IMG/VR virus record: IMGVR_UViG_3300037242_000251
Coordinates: 1-62,720 of that record
Length of the DNA stretch: 62,720 nt
Reading direction: 5' to 3' (one strand)
DNA from: a virus
Lineage: Duplodnaviria > Caudoviricetes
Shown here: positions 8,630 to 17,727 of the stretch, piece after piece
Numbering within the stretch: position 1 is the first letter of the stretch
How the letters are laid out: each line of letters begins with the position of its first letter
Made by a program: the position numbers and the translations under genes
The notes under the pieces: model-generated
Told to the model about the DNA's origin: nothing
Databases searched by the model: none
Seen by the model: the letters and a program-made list of their open reading frames with translations, nothing else

Positions 8630-10850
8630 ATGCCGCTGCGACTTCGAGACTAGATCCGATGTCGATCTGAAAACTCGCGGCGCCGGGCCGTACTTCGCCT
8701 CTCCACACTGGCGGGCGCTCATTCTGGTCTACAGCATCGACGATGCGCCGATCCAGACGTGGACCGGCGGACCGTGCCCCGACGATCTACGATCGCATAT
8801 CGAGGACGGCGGTTGGATCAGGGCTTTTAATTGTTCGTTCGAGCGCCATTGCTTCGACGAGATGGCCCGACGCTGCGGCTGGCCATTGCCCGCCTTCGAC
8901 CGCTATCGCTGCTCGATGGCGACGGCGTCGGCGCTCGGCCTGCCGCGCAGCCTCGACAAGCTGGGAGAAGCGCTGGGCCTGAAGGTCCGCAAAGACAAGC
9001 GCGGCGCGGCGTTGATCCGCTTCTTCTCGGTTCCGGCCAAGCATGAGCCACTCATCTTCCGGGAGCCGGCCGACCACCCGAAGGAATTCGCCGAGTTCAT
9101 TGCCTACTGCCGGCAGGACGTCGAGACCGAGGCGGAGGCCGACCGGCGCATGGTTCCGCTCAGCGACGACGAGCAGGCCGTCTACACGCTCTCCGAGACG
9201 ATCAACCAGCGCGGCATCCGCATCGATACAGCCTCGGCGCGCGCCGCGATCCGGCTGATCGAGAAAGAGAAGGCGCGGCTCGACGCCGCCATGACCGAAG
9301 CGACGGGCGGCGCGGTGACGGCCTGCACGCAGGCGGCGCGACTGACGGCTTGGCTCGCCCGAGAAGGCGTGACGATGGACGGCGTCGCCAAAGACGACGT
9401 CCTGGAGGCGTTCGAGCTCGACGATCTTCCCGAACAGGCGCGGCGCGCTCTTGAGCTTCGCCAGGAGGCGTCCAAACCGTCGACCACCAAACTGCTGGCG
9501 TTTCTGCGCTGTGCCGACAAAGACGAGAGAGTGCGCGGAACCTTTGGCTATCACGGGACCGGTCCGGGCCGGTGGACGTCGGCTGGTGGTGTGAATCTCT
9601 ATAATCTTCCGAGGCCACGCCCCGTCTTCGACAACGCAGACCTCGACCCGGCGACGTTATTCGCTGCCTTCCGCGGCGAGGAGCCAGCGCTGCTGCGCGA
9701 GATGTACGGCGACAACCTCGGCAAACCGACGCACCTCGTGTCGGACGCCATGCGCGGGTTCCTGATCTCAGCGCCCGGCAAGGACTTCATCGCGGTCGAC
9801 TACTCCGGCATTCAAGGCGCGCTCTGCGCCTGGTTCGCCGACGAGAAGTGGAAGATGCAGGCGATGCGCGAGATCATCGCCGACCCGGCACGCCCGGACC
9901 TCTATCGCCGCACTGCGGCGAGCATCCTCAACACAACGACGGATGTCGTCACCAAGAAGCATTGGGGCCGTCAAATCGGGAAAGTTGCCGAACTGGCGCT
10001 GGGCTTCCAAGGATCCGTAGCCGCGCTGGTGTCGATGGCGGCGAACTACAACATGCTGCGCCGCAATCTGCACGACCTTTACCCCGGCGTGTGGTCGGCG
10101 GCTGACGAAGCGGCGCGCGAGCGCGCAACCAAGCGGTATGAACAGCGGCTAAAGAGTCGCGATCGACAGAAGACCGATATTCTCACCCGAGAGGCGTGGC
10201 TCGCCTGTATGATCGTGGTTCACGCTTGGCGGCGCCAAAACGCCGATATCGAGGCAGCGTGGAGCGATCTAGAAAATGCGGCGCGCGCCGCGCTGCGCGA
10301 ACCCGGCGTCAAACAACGCGCACTAGGCCGCATCGACTATCTCTACAAGAATGGCTTTCTGTGGTGCCGGCTACCGAGCGGGCGTTGCATCGCCTACGCC
10401 AAACCGCAGCTACGCGACCAAGTCTGGGCCAAACTGCAACTGAATGACGGGACTTGGGGCGAAGCTGAAGTCGTCGACCGTGAAGAAGCTGAAAAGCTAT
10501 CACTCGTCGGGCGAGCGCAGATTCAAGGAGTGACATCTGCGAAGGTCACGGCGCTGGGCTTCGATTCCACGACCCAGAAGATGATCCGCTACGGCCTGTA
10601 TGGAGGACTTCTCATGGAGAACTGCGCGCTCGGAACAGAATCCGACATCCTGCGCATCGCGATGCGGAAGTGCGAAAGTGCAGGATACCCGATCGTGCTG
10701 CACGTCTACGACGAAGCCGTCGCCGAGGTCGAGCGAGGCTACGGCTCGATCGAGGAGATGGAGCGACTCATGCTCGACATGCCGGCGTGGGCTGAGGGTT
10801 TACCGCTCGACGCACATGGCTGGCGCGGCAAGCGATATGCTAAAAAATAA
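8622..10850 (+). CDS. polA: Family A DNA polymerase with 3'-5' exonuclease, atypical active site
   Basis: ExoI DFET, ExoIII YCRQD; motif A DYSGIQ, motif B RQIGKVAELALGF, motif C HVYDE. Confidence 0.92.
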   Translation: MAECRCDFETRSDVDLKTRGAGPYFASPHWRALILVYSIDDAPIQTWTGGPCPDDLRSHIEDGGWIRAFNCSFERHCFDEMARRCGWPLPAFDRYRCSMATASALGLPRSLDKLGEALGLKVRKDKRGAALIRFFSVPAKHEPLIFREPADHPKEFAEFIAYCRQDVETEAEADRRMVPLSDDEQAVYTLSETINQRGIRIDTASARAAIRLIEKEKARLDAAMTEATGGAVTACTQAARLTAWLAREGVTMDGVAKDDVLEAFELDDLPEQARRALELRQEASKPSTTKLLAFLRCADKDERVRGTFGYHGTGPGRWTSAGGVNLYNLPRPRPVFDNADLDPATLFAAFRGEEPALLREMYGDNLGKPTHLVSDAMRGFLISAPGKDFIAVDYSGIQGALCAWFADEKWKMQAMREIIADPARPDLYRRTAASILNTTTDVVTKKHWGRQIGKVAELALGFQGSVAALVSMAANYNMLRRNLHDLYPGVWSAADEAARERATKRYEQRLKSRDRQKTDILTREAWLACMIVVHAWRRQNADIEAAWSDLENAARAALREPGVKQRALGRIDYLYKNGFLWCRLPSGRCIAYAKPQLRDQVWAKLQLNDGTWGEAEVVDREEAEKLSLVGRAQIQGVTSAKVTALGFDSTTQKMIRYGLYGGLLMENCALGTESDILRIAMRKCESAGYPIVLHVYDEAVAEVERGYGSIEEMERLMLDMPAWAEGLPLDAHGWRGKRYAKK

Positions 10851-10885
10851 TTCGACAATCGCTTGACACACGCCATACAGACGTG
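10843..10885 (+). promoter_or_regulatory. Promoter-like element, copy 1 (AAAAATAATTCGACAATCGCTTGACACACGCCATACA)
   Basis: TTGACA at 10863 with A-rich upstream tract; closely similar to the reverse complement of 20311-20347. Confidence 0.6.
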
Positions 10886-10927
10886 AGACAGTTCACGCAG
10901 AGAAAATTGACAAGTGAGGGCACGGCC

Positions 10928-11344
10928 GTGGAGAAACACTTCATCATCTTCGCATCGCCAGGAACATTTTTCCCGGAGACAACCGAACGGCCGATCGACA
11001 GTTGGGATGTGGCAAAGGCCATCAAGATGAGCCACACCGTCTTAGAGCGCTACAACGCGCGACCTTACGGGTTCTACTTCTCGACGAGATCGCGCAGGGC
11101 TGACGATCTTGACAGCCGAGAAACGGCCAAAAGCAACTTCTACTATCTCGGCGGGAAGATCGAGACGAAGGCCGAAGTGTTCGCTCGCAACGACCCGGAG
11201 GAAAATGTCCTGCGCGCCAATATGGAGTGCAACAGCATCGACCGGATCATCATCAACGATAATTCATGGCGCTTCACCGGACCGTTGCGAGACACAGATG
11301 TCGTGCTTGACTACGAGCCGGCGCAACGAGAGATCACGCCGTGA
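10928..11344 (+). CDS. Hypothetical protein (F.SPGTFF.E / RPYGFYF family)
   Basis: 138 aa from GTG with GAGG SD. Confidence 0.75.
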   Translation: MEKHFIIFASPGTFFPETTERPIDSWDVAKAIKMSHTVLERYNARPYGFYFSTRSRRADDLDSRETAKSNFYYLGGKIETKAEVFARNDPEENVLRANMECNSIDRIIINDNSWRFTGPLRDTDVVLDYEPAQREITP

Positions 11345-11529
11345 AACTCGCCGAGAACAAGAAGCGCCGCCGGGTCCAGCTGGGCGTCCGCCTGCCGGTC
11401 GATCTGGCCGAGACGATGGACAAGCTGTGCGAGAGCGGCGACATCACGCGCACCGATCTGGTCGTCGCGGCGCTGAGAAAGCACCTGGGCAAGCCGGCGC
11501 CGGCGGCGCTGGGGAGGAGCGAGACATGA
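11341..11529 (+). CDS. Ribbon-helix-helix (CopG-like) protein
   Basis: VQLGVRLP.DL...D......ITRTDLV..AL pattern. Confidence 0.75.
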   Translation: MKLAENKKRRRVQLGVRLPVDLAETMDKLCESGDITRTDLVVAALRKHLGKPAPAALGRSET

Positions 11530-11771
11530 CCGAAAAGCAGACGCATGGAATATGGGGTGTCAAGATGTCCGATTCACCTGCAAAGACGCAGAATATCGCC
11601 GTTTGCGACGGCGGCGACGGTCTCGTATGGCTGCACCGCACGTCTTACGAAGGCGCCGGGTTAACGCCTGACGAGGCCGAATGGTTTGCCGAGCAAATCG
11701 TCGCGTCGGCCAAGCGTGTTCGCATCAGAGCAAACAAGAACGGCGTCGGTCTCGCCGGGGCCTTGCCATGA
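11526..11771 (+). CDS. Hypothetical protein
   Basis: ATGA-coupled 81 aa, GAGGAG SD. Confidence 0.6.
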   Translation: MTEKQTHGIWGVKMSDSPAKTQNIAVCDGGDGLVWLHRTSYEGAGLTPDEAEWFAEQIVASAKRVRIRANKNGVGLAGALP

Positions 11772-11974
11772 TCGTCCTGTTGATCTGCATCCCGCTGGCG
11801 CTGATCGTCGGACTTCTGTGGGGCTACGCCGCCGGGCTGAACAGCCGGCGCGCGCCAACCGCCGACGACATCCGGCACGAACGCGAAGCGGAATGGGCGC
11901 GGCATCGGACGTGCGGCGATCTTCATACGCGCTGGCTGGCGGTTCTGCCGGACGATCCTGGCGTCGAGCGATGA
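11768..11974 (+). CDS. Small membrane-anchored protein
   Basis: N-terminal hydrophobic helix, ATGA-coupled. Confidence 0.55.
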   Translation: MIVLLICIPLALIVGLLWGYAAGLNSRRAPTADDIRHEREAEWARHRTCGDLHTRWLAVLPDDPGVER

Positions 11975-12024
11975 TAGCTTTCGACTTCTGAGAGAAGACT
12001 ACCTGGGCAAATGAGGAGAGAAAA

Positions 12025-13266
12025 ATGTCAATCGTATTTCGCATCATCGTCAGTTTGATCTTGCTGACAATCTTCGGTGCGTTCGCCGCTCTCTACCAGA
12101 GCGGCGAGACGATCGCGCTCGGCGAAGTCGCCGGGCATCAATTCGACAACAGCGACGTCGCCGCGCTTGGCGTGCAGGGCGTCTTTTCGTTCTCGCGTTT
12201 CCTACGCGCGTGGGGTTTCTTCATTGTGGTCGGTGCGCTCGCGCTAATCTGGTGGCGACCCGTATGGAAGTGGGCGACGACGCTCGCCGCCATGACGCTG
12301 CTCGTCGGCTTCATGGCTCCGCACTCGGCGCACGCCTACTACGACAAGACGGACTACGCCGAGGTCTATCTGGTGTTGCCGAACGAGTCGGCATTCTGGA
12401 TCCCCGACACCGGCGCCAATGCGACGACGCAGACCAACATGGATTCGGAAGCCTACTTCCAAGCCAACAAGATCGCGACGAAACGGTTCCAGATTCCCCA
12501 CGCCGTGCTGCCTGGATCTGGCTGGTTCTCCGGCTACTACGTCCCGACCGGGCGCCTGATCGTCGTCGATCGCACGCCGTACAACCGCGAGTGGACGAGG
12601 GATTCCGGTCGCGGCACGTCGGCCAAAGACGAATCGTTCCCCTGCCAGACCTCAGAGGGAATCAACGTCACCGTCGAGATCGGCATCGCCTCGTCCGTGG
12701 TCGAGCAGAACGCCGCGAAATTCCTCTACTACTTCGGCGTTCGCGCGCCGCAGGGCGACCGCAAAGACCCGGTTGTCATCTTCAATTCGGTTTACCAGGG
12801 GCGGTCCTTGGCCGAAGTGATGGATGGCGTCGTGCGCGGTAAGGTCTCGGCGCTCGTCTGCGCGGAGATCGGCGCTCGCACACTCGACAAAGCGAACGGC
12901 GAGATCAACGCCATCATGGCGAAAGTGCAGGACAACGTCGCCGCGTTCCTCGACACGCGAGGAATCACACTCGACTACGTCGGCTGGGCTGGCACGTGGT
13001 CTTTCGACGCCCCCATCCAGGACGCGATCAACCGCCGTTACGTCTCGACGCAGGACAAGATCGTCGCCGAGACGCTGCAGCCCTACGCGCAGACCATCAT
13101 GACGCTGGCTGTTGCCGACGGTATTCGCACGTCGGTCGGCAAGTTCGACGGCAAGCTCCCGCAGACACTTTCTGGCCTGTGGCTATTTCCGTCAAACTGG
13201 ATCGAGAGCATCGCCGGGGTCGCAAAAGCCGTAACTACGCCAGCCGCCGCTCCAATCGCCAAATGA
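12025..13266 (+). CDS. SPFH/band-7-like membrane protein
   Basis: N-terminal TM helices; T.EGINV.V, GITLDYVG, IQDAIN motifs; GAGGAG SD. Confidence 0.7.
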   Translation: MSIVFRIIVSLILLTIFGAFAALYQSGETIALGEVAGHQFDNSDVAALGVQGVFSFSRFLRAWGFFIVVGALALIWWRPVWKWATTLAAMTLLVGFMAPHSAHAYYDKTDYAEVYLVLPNESAFWIPDTGANATTQTNMDSEAYFQANKIATKRFQIPHAVLPGSGWFSGYYVPTGRLIVVDRTPYNREWTRDSGRGTSAKDESFPCQTSEGINVTVEIGIASSVVEQNAAKFLYYFGVRAPQGDRKDPVVIFNSVYQGRSLAEVMDGVVRGKVSALVCAEIGARTLDKANGEINAIMAKVQDNVAAFLDTRGITLDYVGWAGTWSFDAPIQDAINRRYVSTQDKIVAETLQPYAQTIMTLAVADGIRTSVGKFDGKLPQTLSGLWLFPSNWIESIAGVAKAVTTPAAAPIAK

Positions 13267-13272
13267 TCTTCT

Positions 13273-13604
13273 GGTAGTGTCTCAGTTTGAAAATTGATGG
13301 GCTTGACGCCCGCTCGCACGGCCCCGACGATGATATGCGCCTGTTTCACGACCGCAGGATTGATAGGCTTACCATCAGCTTCGGCCGCGACGACCGCTCG
13401 GCAAACGTCGATCAGAATCGAAACGTCGTACCCATGCACCTTCGTCAAGGTAGTGGAATTTCCGCCCGCGGAACGCGATTGAAATATAACGGGATTTGCC
13501 AATTTTTCCCGCAAAGTTCGCCCGACATAAGGCGCCATTCTTTTGCTGTTCACGAACTCCGGGAGGCGACTTCCGCTGACACCAAGACCTAGCGCCGCAC
13601 CCAT
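13273..13604 (-). pseudogene. Fragment of a P63C-type phage protein inside the insertion
   Basis: MGAALG...GYDVSILIDVCRA...QAHIIVGA resembles the region N-terminal to the P63C domain; cut by the left IR. Confidence 0.55.
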
Positions 13605-13761
13605 CTTCGTCATTGCGAAGAACGTTGGTGACCATGCACGGGCGAAGCCGGAGACCCCCCGGCTTCGGTTTGGTCTCCGGGTAATAGGCGGTGACGATGT
13701 CGTATGCGGCAGGCGGGCGGTCAACCCATTTTGCGCTTATCGGGGTCGCGGACGTAGCCAT
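13600..13761 (-). pseudogene. N-terminal fragment of a PemK/MazF-like toxin
   Basis: PAAYDIVTAYYPE...PGGLRLRPCMV resembles the GDIV...P....K.RP..V start of PemK-like toxins; similarity stops near 13604. Confidence 0.45.
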
Positions 13762-13942
13762 CGATAATTGTCCAATGCCCCTTAGACATCGTCTCCGCAG
13801 CCGCAGCGCGGAGTTGAGCAATTCCTTCCGGCGTTACGTCATCGTCGTATTGGAAGGCCTCCGGCGGGCAGGGGGGAGAGCCCTCATAGCGATGGTCGCT
13901 CTTCTTCCCTGCGGGGGGGCGCCTACGAAGAAACGACAGCAT
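13721..13942 (-). CDS. Small passenger protein, possible antitoxin
   Basis: 73 aa, GGAGG SD, overlaps the toxin-like fragment. Confidence 0.45.
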   Translation of the reverse strand: MLSFLRRRPPAGKKSDHRYEGSPPCPPEAFQYDDDVTPEGIAQLRAAAAETMSKGHWTIIDGYVRDPDKRKMG

Positions 13943-14279
13943 CGATACCTCCAAAGAGAGTAGCGGACCGACAGGCGCGAGCGGATTCGCTGACTGTCGC
14001 TTGATTGGTATTTTTTGTGGCTACGGTGGCATGGACGCCTGAACAATGGCTGAACCGCGTCCGCTCGTCTTGATATTTAAGACCTCCCGAGAAATTTTTA
14101 AGTGGGGGTGCGGCTTTTGCGGCACACCCTTTTTCAGATTTGGTAGGCCACTTCCGTCAATCTGACAACTCGGGTCGCCCCCGCTTGTTCCCAGCCTCTA
14201 TGCATAAAAATTCAGTTCGGCAAACTGAGACACTACCGATCTTCTTAGGCGACTTGCACCGAACACGATTCTATCACAA

Positions 14280-14393
14280 AGTAATGGCCCCGCCGGGGCA
14301 AACCGGCGGGGCCTGAAGGCTGCTGAGCGACCAGCGGCCGGGCGCCTGGGCGAGAGGCAATCCATGTCTACCACTGCTCGTGCTAGGGGTCAA
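14280..14393 (-). ncRNA. Candidate antisense RNA 1 with promoter (counter-transcribed to the MTase leader)
   Basis: Minus-strand TTGACC (14393-14388), N17, TG-n-TAGACA; ends at GC hairpin 14286-14313 plus U-rich tail. Confidence 0.55.
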
Positions 14394-14417
14394 CGACGCA
14401 CGCGAGCGGCGGTATGA
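14364..14417 (+). CDS. Leader peptide 1 MSTTARARGQRRTRAAV, coupled to the MTase
   Basis: GAGAGG SD; stop overlaps the MTase start (ATGA 14414-14417). Confidence 0.6.
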   Translation: MSTTARARGQRRTRAAV

Positions 14418-15382
14418 ACGCCCTTCCCTCGACATTGGCGCCCATCGTCGAGATATGGCAGGGCGACGCACTGCGTTGCCTCGAGCTGCTGCCGAGCGAT
14501 ACGTTTGATTGTGTCGTGACGTCGCCGCCCTATTGGGGGCTGCGCGATTATGGCGTCGAGGGCCAGATAGGCCTTGAGCCAACGATGGCGGCCTATCTCG
14601 CAACGATGATCGGCGTCTGTCGCGAGCTACGGCGCGTGCTCAAACCGAGCGGCACATTCTGGCTCAACATCGGCGATAGCTATTCAGGATCATGGGGCGC
14701 ACAGGGGCGACGAATCACCGAAAGCGACGACCCGTCTTGGCACGGATCGCAAATCAAGAATCATCCACGATTCGCTAGTGGGACAGGATCATCAAAGCGG
14801 AGCGGTCTGAAGCAAAAAGACCTCTGCATGATCCCCAACCGGCTTGCCATCGCGCTTCAAGACGACGGCTGGTGGGTACGCAGCGAGATCATCTGGGCAA
14901 AACCGAACCCGATGCCCGAGAGCGTTACTGATCGGCCGACATCATCACACGAGAAGATATGGCTGCTGGCGAAGAGCGAGCGCTACTATTTCGATGCGGC
15001 GGCGATTGCCGAGCCGTCCGTCGCCGACCACGGATCGGGCAACGGCTTCAAACGCGACGCGAGATTGAGCTACGCCGACGCGAGCGGAGCACGCGGCAGC
15101 GAAGAACAATGGACGGGAGTCAGCGGAACGCGCAACGCCCGCAATGTCTGGACGATCAGCACCAAACCCTTCAAAGGCGCCCATTTCGCGACTTTCCCGC
15201 CCGATCTCGCCGAACGCTGCATCAAAGCCGGCTGCCCACCAAGCGGACGCGTTCTCGACCCGTTCGGCGGCGCCGGAACAACCGGTCTGGTGGCGCAGCG
15301 TCTGGGTCGCAGTGCGCTGCTGATCGAACTGAACGAGGGCTACTGCGAAATGGTGCGTCGGCGCATCGAGGCGGCGCGATGA
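14414..15382 (+). CDS. Beta-class DNA N4-cytosine/N6-adenine methyltransferase
   Basis: TSPPY, HFATFP, VLDPFGGAGTT motifs. Confidence 0.92.
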   Translation: MNALPSTLAPIVEIWQGDALRCLELLPSDTFDCVVTSPPYWGLRDYGVEGQIGLEPTMAAYLATMIGVCRELRRVLKPSGTFWLNIGDSYSGSWGAQGRRITESDDPSWHGSQIKNHPRFASGTGSSKRSGLKQKDLCMIPNRLAIALQDDGWWVRSEIIWAKPNPMPESVTDRPTSSHEKIWLLAKSERYYFDAAAIAEPSVADHGSGNGFKRDARLSYADASGARGSEEQWTGVSGTRNARNVWTISTKPFKGAHFATFPPDLAERCIKAGCPPSGRVLDPFGGAGTTGLVAQRLGRSALLIELNEGYCEMVRRRIEAAR

Positions 15383-15414
15383 CGAGGGACTTTACAAGCC
15401 ACAAAATTGAGATC

Positions 15415-15538
15415 AGAAATGGAAACCCCCGATCCGCGGCGAGACGGACCGGGGGCTCGATTGCGGGCGCTGATAACGCCGGCGGAGCGCCTGTATGAGA
15501 GGCCCCTGATGAGTACCATCGCTAGCGCCTGCGGTCAA
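15415..15538 (-). ncRNA. Candidate antisense RNA 2 with promoter (counter-transcribed to the primase leader)
   Basis: Minus-strand TTGACC (15538-15533), N17, TG-n-TACTCA; ends in hairpin about 15423-15458 followed by CCAUUUCU. Confidence 0.6.
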
Positions 15539-15565
15539 TCTGACCTGCGAGCGATTGTCTCGTGA
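15509..15565 (+). CDS. Leader peptide 2 MSTIASACGQSDLRAIVS, coupled to the primase
   Basis: GAGAGG SD; stop overlaps the primase start (GTGA 15562-15565); paralogous to leader 1. Confidence 0.6.
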   Translation: MSTIASACGQSDLRAIVS

Positions 15566-17697
15566 ACGTTCAGCCAAAGATCAGCCCGTTCCAGCACCTG
15601 TGGTCGCTCGGCTACCGCAGGCTCATCCCGATCATCCCACCCAACGCCCCGGTCACGCCGACATGCGCCGTCGGCAAGAAGCTGGCGAAGGGTAAGGACA
15701 CCCGCGGCAAAACGCCGGGCAAGCGGCTGGCATCGGGCGAATGGACCTCAATCACCGACTGGCAGACGCTCGAGCCGACCGAGGCGGACCTGTCGGCGTG
15801 GGCCCAAATGGGCGCCAGCGTCGGCGTCAAATGCGGCCGCGGTGTCGTGGCGATCGACGCCGACTGTCTCAACCCTGAGCACGCCGCGCTGGTGCGCGCC
15901 GAGGTCGAAAAGTACGTCGGTCCGACGCCGGTGCGGATCGGCCGAGCCCCCAAGGCGCTTTATCTCTGCCGCAGCGAGGGCGACGTCTCGCTTGCCTACG
16001 CCAGCGTCAACTATGGCGACGGCGCCGAGAAGGTGGAGATCCTGAGCGGGCAATTCGTCGCCGAGGGCCTCCACCAGTCCGGAACGCCCTATCGCTGGGA
16101 GAGTGGCGTCTGGCCGTTCGATAAGCTGCCGATCGTCTCAACGCAGGCGCTGTCCGACCTGATCCGGTCGCTGGAGCGCCAGCTACCCAAAGCCAAGCGC
16201 AGCGTCGAGCTCTCGGCGCTGGCGCCGGTCGACCAGAAGTTGCTGGTGGGCAGCGTCGACATCATGCGCGAGGCCGTGCGGCTAACGCCGAACAGAGTGG
16301 AGCGGCGATCAAAGTACGTCGAGTTCGGCACGGCGTTGAGGGCGGCCCTGCCATTCAACGAAGACGCCGCTCACGAGATGTGGGTCGACTGGTGCGGGCG
16401 CTGGGAAGACGGCGAGAACGACGCCGAGACGATCGAAGTCGACTGGAAGTCGTTCAAACCGCCACACAGCATCGGCGCCAATTACATCTACGACATGGCG
16501 TTCACGGCGACCGAAGGCGCATTCCGCGGTCGCGCGCATGATCTGATGCGGCGCTTTCATGAGCGCCCAGCCGAAAGCGAAGCCGCCAAGTCGGAGTTGT
16601 TTGTCGTCAGCGCCGCCAGCCTGACCGGAGCCGAACCGCCGGCGCAGGCGTGGCTGGTGCGGGACCTTATTCCGACGCGCAACGTGACGATGCTGTCGGG
16701 CGACGGCGGGGCGGGCAAGAGCCTCCTGGCGCTGCAGCTAGCCGCCTCGGTTGCCGCCGGCGCCAACTGGCTCGGAATACCACTTGAGCGTGGGCGGGCC
16801 CTGTTCCTGACGGCCGAGGACGAGATCGAGGAGCTGCACAGGCGGCTGAGCGCGATCGTGCGCGGGACGGCAGCGTTCAAGATGGCGGACCTGACTGGGC
16901 TGAGCCTTGTTTCGCTCGACGGACAGGACGCCGTGATCGCAGCGCCGTCAGGCAAGGACGGGTTGCTGAAGCCGACCGAGATGATGACGCGAGTTCGCCA
17001 GACCGTGAAGCGGCTGGCGCCGACGCTGGTGGTTCTGGACACGCTGGCGGATTTATTCGGCGGCGATGAGATCAAGCGCGTCCATGCGCGCCAGTTCATC
17101 GGAATGCTTAAGGGGCTGTGCAACGAGTTTGGGACGACCGTGCTGCTGCCGGCGCACCCATCTCTGAGCGGCATGAGCAGCGGCTCGGGGATGTCGGGCA
17201 ACACGGCATGGAACAACTCGGTACGGTCGCGGCTGTACCTCGAGCGTCGTTTCGGAAAGTCAGAACAGGATGAGCCCGATCCTGATGTTAGAGTGCTGAC
17301 GACGAAGAAGGCGAACCGGGCCCGCCGCGGCGTGCGCTACGTGCTGCGGTGGTCAGCGGGGCGCTTCGTGCGCGAAGGCGTGGAGGTGGAATCGCGAGAG
17401 GCGGATCAGGAACGCGAAATCGAGTCGATATTCATGCGGGTGTTCGATGAGACAATCGACAGCGGGCGCACTTTATCGCACCTCGTTACAGCGCCGAACT
17501 ACGCTCCGAAAGTCGCCGAGGCGCACGCGATCGCCGGCGGCGTGAACCAGGCTCGCTTCACTGAGGCGATGGAGCGCCTGTTCGCTCGTCGCGCGATTGA
17601 GGTCAAGGAGGTCGGACCACCGTCTCGGGTCCGCAGGACGGTGGTTAGAACAAAACGTATCGTTGAAGATAGCGAGGAGAATGACCTATTCGGATGA
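15562..17697 (+). CDS. Primase-polymerase fused to RepA-like (AAA_25) helicase
   Basis: N-terminal bifunctional prim-pol (GKTPG, VAIDAD, QFVAEG.H), PriCT-like middle, GDGGAGKS, LVVLDTL, SGNTAW. Confidence 0.9.
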   Translation: MNVQPKISPFQHLWSLGYRRLIPIIPPNAPVTPTCAVGKKLAKGKDTRGKTPGKRLASGEWTSITDWQTLEPTEADLSAWAQMGASVGVKCGRGVVAIDADCLNPEHAALVRAEVEKYVGPTPVRIGRAPKALYLCRSEGDVSLAYASVNYGDGAEKVEILSGQFVAEGLHQSGTPYRWESGVWPFDKLPIVSTQALSDLIRSLERQLPKAKRSVELSALAPVDQKLLVGSVDIMREAVRLTPNRVERRSKYVEFGTALRAALPFNEDAAHEMWVDWCGRWEDGENDAETIEVDWKSFKPPHSIGANYIYDMAFTATEGAFRGRAHDLMRRFHERPAESEAAKSELFVVSAASLTGAEPPAQAWLVRDLIPTRNVTMLSGDGGAGKSLLALQLAASVAAGANWLGIPLERGRALFLTAEDEIEELHRRLSAIVRGTAAFKMADLTGLSLVSLDGQDAVIAAPSGKDGLLKPTEMMTRVRQTVKRLAPTLVVLDTLADLFGGDEIKRVHARQFIGMLKGLCNEFGTTVLLPAHPSLSGMSSGSGMSGNTAWNNSVRSRLYLERRFGKSEQDEPDPDVRVLTTKKANRARRGVRYVLRWSAGRFVREGVEVESREADQEREIESIFMRVFDETIDSGRTLSHLVTAPNYAPKVAEAHAIAGGVNQARFTEAMERLFARRAIEVKEVGPPSRVRRTVVRTKRIVEDSEENDLFG

Positions 17698-17727
17698 GAG
17701 TGCGGTATACGTTTTGTTATAATTGTC

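Larger units (their letters stand above)
13273..14237. mobile_element. Non-autonomous IS1595-like insertion (965 bp) without transposase
   Basis: Perfect 17-bp terminal IRs GGTAGTGTCTCAGTTTG (13273-13289 / 14221-14237); 8-bp target duplication GATCTTCT (13265-13272 / 14238-14245); family call is from IR style and TSD length. Confidence 0.85.
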
